64,000 bases of DNA from an uncultured Candidatus Saccharibacteria bacterium (GTDB lineage: Bacteria > Patescibacteriota > Minisyncoccia > Phycocordibacterales > UBA12088), in the NCBI GenBank assembly GCA_964411375.1, contig CAYPKR010000002.1, forward strand, positions 205,259 to 269,258. Direction: 5' to 3'. A program made the translations under genes and the position numbers. The notes beneath the pieces were generated by a model that worked only from the letters and a program-made list of their open reading frames with translations, was not told where the DNA came from and made no database searches. Positions 56,380 to 64,000 of this stretch are shown piece by piece; the stretch's first letter is position 1, and every line of letters begins with the position of its first letter.

Positions 56380-59073
56380 TTAATCGGCGCAAGCAGTGAG
56401 GCTGATCCCCAGTGACGATGCGGCAAAATTTTTCGATGCAATCCACCAGCCCAATGTTTTATCCCACGGCTTTCTTGTGTGATCGCTCATGGAAGTCAGT
56501 GTTCCCCACACCGCAACCCCTTGAGTAAGGGGACGGAGATGTTGTAATTGATAGTCCCAAAATGTCTGCGAGACATACGGCACCGAATCAATCTCAAACT
56601 GCGGCCAAATGTATGGAATTACTGTCTTTCCGGGACCGAGTGCTTTGTAGGAGTTGATTCGACCAGTCGCCATTGTATTCCATAATTCTGGATTGGATCC
56701 CATATCAAGATCTGCTGCATAGAGCGATGGCTGAAGAAAATCTTGCGAATTGATGAACGCTTGTGCTGCTCCCGATCTGCTGCTAATTTCTCGTGTCATG
56801 AATGGTGCGCCGTAATAGCCAAACTGGGTACGAGTATCTCCTCGCGCGCGCACTGCAGTACGAAGACCATTTATTGCTTGCACGTATTTTGCAGCGTCTG
56901 CATCGCTAAAACCGATTCGATCTGCATCACGCCAAATCTCGATATCGATAGATACATAATCAAGGTTCGCCGCAACAATATTTGCTGCGGTAGCATCAAC
57001 ACGAGCCTGATTATAATTATTATTTCCATCAAGCAATTCCGAAGGATTCACAATATCCAATCCTCCAGACAGACCGCAATTCTTTAAGTTCGGCTCACCG
57101 GTAAATGCAATAGTGTCATACATTTTCCATGTTCCCGGAGGAGGCGCCGTTGTTCCTCCCGTTGCAGTGGTGCCAGTCACCGTTCCGCCAGTTACTACCA
57201 CGCCGGTAGTACCGCCAATTGCAGAGCGCATCGCTTGAATTTGCCAGAAGTGAACGCCACAAAAAGAATCGCGGCAGCCGCATTTCCATTCAGAATTTGA
57301 AAATGTACAAGTGTATGCGACAAAGTATGAAAATCGATCTTGCGGAAGTAGATCACTGTACGGAATAGTCACGTGTGCTCCCATCAAAAGCCAATCGGGT
57401 GACCCCGGCGCAGCAGTTCCTTCAAACGTGAATGGCACCCATGAACCGCCGTTCCACCTGAACCCAGTTTTGGAAACATATTTCTGGGTGGCGGTGTCTG
57501 GAGTATTTACTGAGAGTGTGAGATTGCCATTTGAATCACAAACCGTGCGAATTAATAATTCACGATATCCGCTAAATACATTGAATGCTGCACCGTAATT
57601 ATTTGGAATGCCAGCAGCGTTGCTATAGCGCTCGGTACAACCTCCGAAAAAAGGAAGCGTTGTTCCCGAACCTCCAACCCCTACTCCAACTGTGGTTCCC
57701 CCCGTCGTCCCCACTCCCGTCCCCGTCGTAACAGTACCCGCAGTACCAACGGTTCCATGTCCATCACCTCTCCACAGGGTTTTGTATACCGCGATAGGAT
57801 CTTGCCCTGATTCGTTTGCCGGCCATGCGGAATAAATACTGCCGTCTCCTTGGTCGAAGTAATCTTCGTGATCAAGAATATCTTGGTTCGCATTAAAGAA
57901 TGCGTAGGTGAAGCGGATGACGTCCGCCGGATGTGTGGAAGCGGCGGCGCCTTCGCGGCGCGGCGCCCATTCGGGAAATACCATTCGAACTCCTTGCGCT
58001 CTCGCGAATGCCACAATTTCGTTGAATCCCCAGAATCCTGCATTGCCTGCAAGGATTTGGTTCCAGTTGTTTCCTGGCGCTGTTGCTGATTCCCCCTGCA
58101 CTCGCACCATCGAGCTGTCATGCCACGATGCGCCGACAAAATCGATTTGTTTCCCGATGGGGCCAGGAGGAAGCACCGTGATTCCGTTGATGATTCGAGT
58201 ACCAGGGCTCCAACTGGCAACATTGTTTGGCCAGAGTTGTTCGTGGCGAATGGTGCTGCCCCCACCACGACGATCGGAATTGATGAACTGGAGTTGTGGA
58301 CGGAATGCGAAATAGTAATTTGGATATTGTCCGCGCTGATATTTGTATCCTTCTTTAAATACGCGGATCCATCTCGCCCATGCATATGGAAAATCCTGAT
58401 ACGTGAAATGCTTTCCGGTTGCGTCAGTATATGAGCCTTCAGGAGATTTGCCGTGCGTCTCGAGCGTAAATTCATAGAACCAGTCCATGGTCATTGGAAA
58501 CGCCGGATCGCCGTCGCGCTGATCGAGGTATGCGAACTTTCGTCCGAGGAGAAAGAGGTATTTGTCCGCGTCCCCGTTTTTGATATCCCGATAGATTGTC
58601 GGGTTCGCGTATGTGGAGCCAGTCCATCGATTGCCGAGTGTTGAAGGAATTGGTTCTGCCCAGTCGAGATGAATGATGCGCTTTCGGTGCACGGTTGCGG
58701 GATAGTCGCCCCAAATGTGGCGGAACCATCCTTCGTCCTGGAACACGCCGTGGAAAAGCGGCGGATCCGCGTTCCATGCTGCGGGAGTGCGGTTGAAATC
58801 GCGATCCGTTTCGGCTTCGCTGTCGGCGCCGCCAACATTCGGCCATGTGACGACATCTCCCATTCCTTGGGTCACTGAATCTGGTTCGTGACCCATGAGA
58901 TCGATGTAGTTCTGCATATGATCAGAGCTGCCGTTGATCCAGCTACCGGCATTCCATGGCATGCCGCTTTTGCCGACGTGTCCAGAAAAGACAGCCGCGT
59001 ATACTGGCTTTCCAATGATACCCGCAACAAAGACAAGGATGCCCAAAAGAAGCGGGATGGCGAAGAATTTCAT
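56380..59073 (-). CDS. Secreted multidomain protein: GH-like N-domain (identical to the one in 47024..50623), shared 6-Cys module, C-terminal TIM-barrel-like domain
   Basis: The N-terminal 465 aa are identical to those of the 1199-aa paralog. The shared module reads CTERY...YGAAFNVF...WKCGCRDSFC. Confidence 0.7.
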   Translation of the reverse strand: MKFFAIPLLLGILVFVAGIIGKPVYAAVFSGHVGKSGMPWNAGSWINGSSDHMQNYIDLMGHEPDSVTQGMGDVVTWPNVGGADSEAETDRDFNRTPAAWNADPPLFHGVFQDEGWFRHIWGDYPATVHRKRIIHLDWAEPIPSTLGNRWTGSTYANPTIYRDIKNGDADKYLFLLGRKFAYLDQRDGDPAFPMTMDWFYEFTLETHGKSPEGSYTDATGKHFTYQDFPYAWARWIRVFKEGYKYQRGQYPNYYFAFRPQLQFINSDRRGGGSTIRHEQLWPNNVASWSPGTRIINGITVLPPGPIGKQIDFVGASWHDSSMVRVQGESATAPGNNWNQILAGNAGFWGFNEIVAFARAQGVRMVFPEWAPRREGAAASTHPADVIRFTYAFFNANQDILDHEDYFDQGDGSIYSAWPANESGQDPIAVYKTLWRGDGHGTVGTAGTVTTGTGVGTTGGTTVGVGVGGSGTTLPFFGGCTERYSNAAGIPNNYGAAFNVFSGYRELLIRTVCDSNGNLTLSVNTPDTATQKYVSKTGFRWNGGSWVPFTFEGTAAPGSPDWLLMGAHVTIPYSDLLPQDRFSYFVAYTCTFSNSEWKCGCRDSFCGVHFWQIQAMRSAIGGTTGVVVTGGTVTGTTATGGTTAPPPGTWKMYDTIAFTGEPNLKNCGLSGGLDIVNPSELLDGNNNYNQARVDATAANIVAANLDYVSIDIEIWRDADRIGFSDADAAKYVQAINGLRTAVRARGDTRTQFGYYGAPFMTREISSRSGAAQAFINSQDFLQPSLYAADLDMGSNPELWNTMATGRINSYKALGPGKTVIPYIWPQFEIDSVPYVSQTFWDYQLQHLRPLTQGVAVWGTLTSMSDHTRKPWDKTLGWWIASKNFAASSLGISLTACAD

Positions 59074-59125
59074 GCATATATATTGTACCGCCTAGTGGTT
59101 CGAGGCGGTGGGAGGTGGTGTGGAT

Positions 59126-61105
59126 TTAATTTTGAATTACCTCCCTATTCGCCGGAACGCCCGTTCCCTCCACCGTACAGCTCCCTATTTGCTCTCCTGG
59201 ACTAAAGGAAACCACTGAGACAGTCTTCCCTTGGAATCCTTCGAAACTATTACTTACAACACTGACCTTGCGAATGTTCTTAATAAGAACACCAATGAGA
59301 CCGCCTCCGCTAAACGTGTTTTTGGTGATCATTGCTTCATCGGAAGTTATATTTTGGCAGTCATTGGTATTGGTCGATGAAATTGGTTCTTGTCCTGGCT
59401 CAATGCAATTTCGTCCACATGAAATAAATGTATTGTTTTCAATAAGCGCATATCCGACGCCTTCCTTTAGGGAGATAGCGTGATTAAAGCCTCCGTTGAA
59501 AGTATTGTTTGCGATGTAAATGGACTTCGCATTGTAGATGCGGAACCCGTAATCCATCGTGTAATTTTTTGAGCCATTGCTGAGCGTACTTTCGATTCTG
59601 TTAGAATCGCTGTACACATCATTAGCTACAAGTTGGATGTTCACTTGATTAGCAGGATCTCCTAAGTTAACAACAAGACCGCTGCTGACAAGATTTCGAA
59701 ATGACGAGTTCTGTACTCGAATGTTTTTTGAATCTTCAAGAGTTAGGTAGCCTCCCGTCCATGCGAGACCATCCAAAACTATTCCATCCGAATTCGTAAT
59801 ATTCGGAACTCCAGTACTTCCCCCATTGAAATTACACTGCCTTACTGCAATACATTTGAGGGTTAATACGCCTCCCGTGTGACCGTTTATTCGCAGCATC
59901 CCGTAATTTCCTGGACTAAGATTGAGAATTCGACAACCGGCTCCAAGATTTGAACTAAGGGATGATGGCGTCACCGACACTGGAGAACCGCACGGCGTAA
60001 TCTCAGGGAAACCTGGAGGAGCTGGAAGTTCCGCGCCATCAGTTGTGGTGTCGGAAGCAGTACCCGCAGTGGCTGTTCCGCCCAAAGCACTCATCGAACA
60101 GGCCGGAGATCCTTTCAAAGTAGAACGCACCAAAAATCCTTCAGCTGCCGTGCCATACTTAAAGTTGCGGAATATCGCTGCTTCCACAAAGTATGCGACG
60201 CCCCATCCATCTGGTCGATCCGTTATTGGGACTGGATCAAATGAAAGCGGCTGCCAGACAAGCTCTCCGGTGACTCCATTGCGGGTGGCCATCTGAATAA
60301 ATTTATCTTTGTAGCTTACCGTGAGCGTTATGCCGCTCCACGTGACCGTAATCGGACTATCGATGCCAAGATCGGCAAGAGTATTGGTTGATGCCAAAAT
60401 CCGATTTGCTTCCTCCATCGAAAGCCCGGACGAATCCCCTGTTCGTTGCTGGATTATTAATGCGAGATCGGAAGGAGTAACGCCAAGTTTTGTCACCGAA
60501 TCTGTCGGTAGAAGAGTGATGGTCGTAAATGGGACCCATTCATCTCCTGAAGGACCGCATCCTGGACCTGGAGTAAGGACGAGTGGTGAGCGAAACGCTT
60601 GAAGTTGCCACAAACTAACTCCGCACACTGCGTTGCGGCAGCCGCACTTCCATGCGCCATTTACAAAAGTACAGGTGTAGCCGGCAAGAAAATTGTACAT
60701 GCCTGCTGGTCGAAACACGCTCTTTGCGATTGTGGTGCTTGCGACTGCTTTGAGCCACGCGCCGCCCGTTCCAGGAACCGGTACGCCGTGCATGATGACT
60801 TCGACCCAATGAGTTCCGTCCCATCGATATGCGGTGCGGTAGACGTATTGCGGATTGGTCGTATCCTCCGACCCTTCCATAAACAAAGCATCGTTTGTTG
60901 GACAAGACGTATTGAGAATTAATTCTCGAATTGTAGAAAATACATTATATGAGGTCGCATATCCTGGTGGGGTCAGCATAGTATTGTCGTACCGCGGTTC
61001 ACAACTTACTTGAGCAACAACCGAGGGTGTATGCGAAGAAAACAAAATATATCCAATGCCAAGACATAGGAGTGAAATAAGAAATACGCGCACCGACAAT
61101 TTCAT
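59126..61105 (-). CDS. Secreted protein: N-terminal shared 6-Cys module followed by a parallel beta-helix domain
   Basis: A signal peptide. The shared module reads CEPRY...YATSYNVF...WKCGCRNAVC. PbH1-like repeats (NNTF.GG, NSF.G) form the beta-helix. Confidence 0.65.
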   Translation of the reverse strand: MKLSVRVFLISLLCLGIGYILFSSHTPSVVAQVSCEPRYDNTMLTPPGYATSYNVFSTIRELILNTSCPTNDALFMEGSEDTTNPQYVYRTAYRWDGTHWVEVIMHGVPVPGTGGAWLKAVASTTIAKSVFRPAGMYNFLAGYTCTFVNGAWKCGCRNAVCGVSLWQLQAFRSPLVLTPGPGCGPSGDEWVPFTTITLLPTDSVTKLGVTPSDLALIIQQRTGDSSGLSMEEANRILASTNTLADLGIDSPITVTWSGITLTVSYKDKFIQMATRNGVTGELVWQPLSFDPVPITDRPDGWGVAYFVEAAIFRNFKYGTAAEGFLVRSTLKGSPACSMSALGGTATAGTASDTTTDGAELPAPPGFPEITPCGSPVSVTPSSLSSNLGAGCRILNLSPGNYGMLRINGHTGGVLTLKCIAVRQCNFNGGSTGVPNITNSDGIVLDGLAWTGGYLTLEDSKNIRVQNSSFRNLVSSGLVVNLGDPANQVNIQLVANDVYSDSNRIESTLSNGSKNYTMDYGFRIYNAKSIYIANNTFNGGFNHAISLKEGVGYALIENNTFISCGRNCIEPGQEPISSTNTNDCQNITSDEAMITKNTFSGGGLIGVLIKNIRKVSVVSNSFEGFQGKTVSVVSFSPGEQIGSCTVEGTGVPANREVIQN

Positions 61106-61179
61106 ATTTCATTCATTGTAGCTCTTTTTAAGAGTATGTTCTGGAGGAGTATGGGGATTTCGCCACACCAACACCTCGA

Positions 61180-62622
61180 CTATAGACCAAGAGATTTGAG
61201 CGCCGCAAACCATTGATCGGCGATGAACGCAGCTCCAGCCGCATTTGGATGGAGATCATCCGTAAAATAGGAGTTCTTATCGAAATTCGTGAACATATCT
61301 GCAGTGATAACCGGTGAGTCAGTCGTTGAGGTGCTTGATGCGAGTGCACCGAGTTTGTCATTGAGTTCCATGATCAGTGCATCTGGGATAATGCGAGCCG
61401 GCATAATCTTGGCGAGAACAATCTTTACTCGTGGATTCTTTGCGCGCAAAATTTGGATGATACTCGTATCGGAATCAATTACTTCGTCCGGCGTTTTCGA
61501 TCCTTGATCAGGAACGGTCGTTACGAGATCGTTTGTTCCAATATGAAGAAGCACTATGTCCGGTGTATACGCTTGAAGCCATGAAGGAAGCGCATCGCGA
61601 ATCTCCCACGATTCCCATCCGGCATGTCCTTCTTGGTCAGGATCCCACGGTACACCAGTATCTCTGACGGTACCAACGTTATCAAATGGAATACCTGCGG
61701 CATTTAATTTTTGAATCAAATATTTTCGATAGGAACGAAAGCTGGTTGGAAGATCTGCACCTGCACGCGTTATCGAATCTCCGAGTGGAAGAATTTTGGG
61801 TCCGGCGACTGGAGCTGATGGAATTGCTTCTGCACGCACCGCTTGTATTTCCGCTGTTGAGAGGGCGCGATTGTAAATACGTACATCATCGAGCGTACCG
61901 CCAAAGGCACCGTCCGTATCTCCAGCACTATCCCCTAAATATAATTTAAATGTATTGGTAGTGATGGTGGTCGTTGGAATCGTCTTGCTGGCGACTAATT
62001 TCCCATCGATATAGAGCGACATTGTTTTACCATTTCGTACACCTGCAATATGTCGCCAAACGCCGACCGGAAGCGATGTCGTCGCACCTTCAATCGTATA
62101 GATTTTGTTGTTTACCTTTACGCGGAATTGCGGCACTTCAGCACCCGAAACATCGGATCGATCGACAATCCCATATGACACATCTGAATATTTAAGTCCT
62201 TTCTGGAGGAGCTTTGCATTTTTTGATGTGGTAGCTGTTGCCATGCGGGCATCGCGCTTAGCCCAGAGTGTCACGGTGATATTAGTTTTGATATTCAAGC
62301 TGGTCGCATTTGCGATTTCAATACGATCATCGACGCCGTCAAAGTGGACACCGAGTGCTTGTTCACCTTGAACCCAAGTAGAACCGCCGAGCAATTTCCC
62401 TGTTTCCCTTTTACCCGATGTGTCAGCGGTTGTTGTCCCGATCCCTTCATCCATAATCCATTTGCCGACCAGGCCGGTGGTGGTTGAGGTTGCTACTTGT
62501 CCGCTTACATTTAATGGTTCGACAGAAAGGGGTACGAACACAAGGATAAACGCAATGAGCGATCCACCAACTGCAATGAGTTGTGTATCACTCATTTTTG
62601 AAAAGAAAGTATTTGATTGCAT
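61180..62622 (-). CDS. Secreted LamG-like (concanavalin/Laminin_G_3) domain fused to an SGNH hydrolase
   Basis: An N-terminal TM/signal segment and a LamG-like beta-sandwich (LDDVRIYNRALSTAEIQ). SGNH blocks follow: LGDSIT, GTND, DDLHPN. Confidence 0.7.
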   Translation of the reverse strand: MQSNTFFSKMSDTQLIAVGGSLIAFILVFVPLSVEPLNVSGQVATSTTTGLVGKWIMDEGIGTTTADTSGKRETGKLLGGSTWVQGEQALGVHFDGVDDRIEIANATSLNIKTNITVTLWAKRDARMATATTSKNAKLLQKGLKYSDVSYGIVDRSDVSGAEVPQFRVKVNNKIYTIEGATTSLPVGVWRHIAGVRNGKTMSLYIDGKLVASKTIPTTTITTNTFKLYLGDSAGDTDGAFGGTLDDVRIYNRALSTAEIQAVRAEAIPSAPVAGPKILPLGDSITRAGADLPTSFRSYRKYLIQKLNAAGIPFDNVGTVRDTGVPWDPDQEGHAGWESWEIRDALPSWLQAYTPDIVLLHIGTNDLVTTVPDQGSKTPDEVIDSDTSIIQILRAKNPRVKIVLAKIMPARIIPDALIMELNDKLGALASSTSTTDSPVITADMFTNFDKNSYFTDDLHPNAAGAAFIADQWFAALKSLGL

Positions 62623-62694
62623 GCAACTAGTATACCTTTCTATTGAATGAAAGGTTCAAAAAAATATTGTGCGGGTGGGGATTATGCAAATATT

Positions 62695-63999
62695 TTATCT
62701 ACCGAGATCGTAGAGTTGTTTGACCTCAGCGGCAGAAAGCGCACGACCGTATACACGTAGATCATCGAGTCGTCCGCCCCAGAAACCTGATGCTGCATCC
62801 CATCCAATATCAGCGGCGGTTGGAGATGTGTCTGATGTTCCGCTCGCAGCGAATGTTGCATTAAAAGTACCGACCAGTACTCCATTCATGTACATGTACA
62901 TGATGTCATTAGGATAGTCGATAACGCCAACAGCATGTAACCAATCACTGTTACCTGCTATGGTAGGTGAAGAGATCGTAAACACATTGTTGGATTCTCC
63001 ATCTCCTGCACGAACAATTAAGCGTAATCGGTCGGAACTATCGACTGCAAATGCAACGCGCGCCGTGCCGGTACCGGTAAAAATGGTAATAATTGGATCA
63101 AGGTTTGCCGTCCCTTCTCGTTTGATCCACGCAGAGACTGTTGCGCCAGGAACATTCCGAAGAAGGTTTGTTGATGCCCCAAGTACTATTTCGTCATCAA
63201 CACCGTTCATCAATATTGCCTGACCAATTCGTCCTGTCGCCGTCGTTACCGTCTGATTTACCCAATCACCATTGTTCCCAAGCGACCCTCGATCACGAAT
63301 TTCAGCGGATGAGAATGCGCTGTTTGTATTAATCGCATTACCATCAAACGTCCAATGTCCTTGAAGTCCTTTCTGCAAATCAGGAATATTGTTTAGTGTC
63401 GTATTTATTTTTGTCGTGCCACCGAGTTGATACAGTCTTTTTATTTCATCACCTGAGAGGACGCGGTTGTACATTCGCACATCGTCAATACCTCCGGAAA
63501 ATTGTCCTGCGTTGCAGGTGTTATTGGTGCATCCAATTCCTTGAAAACTTTCTGTGCCAACGTAATCCCCCAGTGTATCTGCGGCAGGAGTACCACTGAC
63601 TACGCCATCTATGTAACATGTTTTTGTCACCCCATCATGGGTACAGGTAATTAAACTCCACTTTAAAGTGGGGACGGTGCCGAAGCTGTCGTTCTGCGAT
63701 GAAGTCCCATCAGCGGTAACAAATTGCAAAGTGGGAGGAGACAACGTCTGGTCTAGTCGTATCCAATATTGCGCCAAGAAGTCGTTGTTGCTTCCATTTT
63801 GTCCTCGTTTGAATATGGTAGCTTTTCCGGCACCGCCCGTGATGTCATCTGGGTATATCCATGCGCTGATAGTGTAGTTCGAATTTAAATCGAGCGCAGA
63901 GGATACTGCAAGTCTCACAAAATCATTCGATCCGTCAAAATAAAGCGCCTGCCCTATGTCTCCTTTCATATAGGCACTCGACGTGGACATATTTCTCAT
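62695..63999 (-). CDS. Protein with three LamG-like (Laminin_G_3) repeats (5' end probably beyond window)
   Basis: Repeated ...DDVRMYNRVLSGDEIKRLYQLGG and ...LDDLRVYGRALSAAEVKQLYDLGR. The first Met coincides with the window edge. Confidence 0.6.
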   Translation of the reverse strand: MRNMSTSSAYMKGDIGQALYFDGSNDFVRLAVSSALDLNSNYTISAWIYPDDITGGAGKATIFKRGQNGSNNDFLAQYWIRLDQTLSPPTLQFVTADGTSSQNDSFGTVPTLKWSLITCTHDGVTKTCYIDGVVSGTPAADTLGDYVGTESFQGIGCTNNTCNAGQFSGGIDDVRMYNRVLSGDEIKRLYQLGGTTKINTTLNNIPDLQKGLQGHWTFDGNAINTNSAFSSAEIRDRGSLGNNGDWVNQTVTTATGRIGQAILMNGVDDEIVLGASTNLLRNVPGATVSAWIKREGTANLDPIITIFTGTGTARVAFAVDSSDRLRLIVRAGDGESNNVFTISSPTIAGNSDWLHAVGVIDYPNDIMYMYMNGVLVGTFNATFAASGTSDTSPTAADIGWDAASGFWGGRLDDLRVYGRALSAAEVKQLYDLGR

Positions 64000-64000
64000 T

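Noticed and set aside
1-64000. Alternative genetic code (UGA as Gly, as in SR1 and Gracilibacteria), considered because only RF1 (prfA) is seen and the lineage looks like CPR
   Set aside because: Long housekeeping ORFs are intact under the standard code, and at least one RBS-led small ORF terminates with TGA. prfB may simply lie outside the window.

Overview
This 64-kb window looks like an uncultivated, reduced-genome bacterium, with roughly 47% GC, compact housekeeping genes and many genes on the minus strand. The features that point that way are a ThrRS without the N-terminal domain, short PheS and PheT, an SMC-family ATPase without a hinge, split transketolase genes and a single NusB-Nudix ORF. 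The order along the window is as follows.

- **1-5.4 kb:** a partial YibE/F-like membrane gene, then a divergent ZIP transporter and Fur-family regulator pair with a palindromic operator between them. A thiol-disulfide module follows (Trx-like protein without CxxC, CcdA, TlpA-like protein, arranged like a split DipZ), then a cyclophilin.
- **6-17.6 kb:** the SMC-like gene, a GC-rich island carrying two small ORFs with Shine-Dalgarno sequences, rnc, NusB-Nudix, rpmF, a candidate sRNA region, rnhB and dnaE. A leader peptide with 8 consecutive Thr codons and alternative hairpins sits immediately upstream of thrS.
- **18-23 kb:** an Ig-repeat surface protein, a sortase, a CARDB-domain protein and small ORFs.
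- **23.7-47 kb:** gyrB, pheST, a PEGA-domain protein, a GT2 glycosyltransferase, a Nudix gene abutting tRNA-Thr(UGU) and a decayed tRNA copy, tsf, rpsB, prfA, a Cys-less rpmE, a lytic-transglycosylase fusion, rplY, a beta-lactamase-like hydrolase, a PfkB kinase, split transketolase, rpe, rpiB and gap.
- **47-64 kb:** seven co-oriented genes for large secreted multidomain proteins (sulfatase, GH-like TIM barrels, GDSL/SGNH esterases, parallel beta-helix lyase-like domains, LamG repeats). Five of them share a ~140-aa six-Cys module that I do not recognise. Two of them share a perfect 1.43-kb direct repeat.

No CRISPR array, rRNA or obvious transposase was seen.
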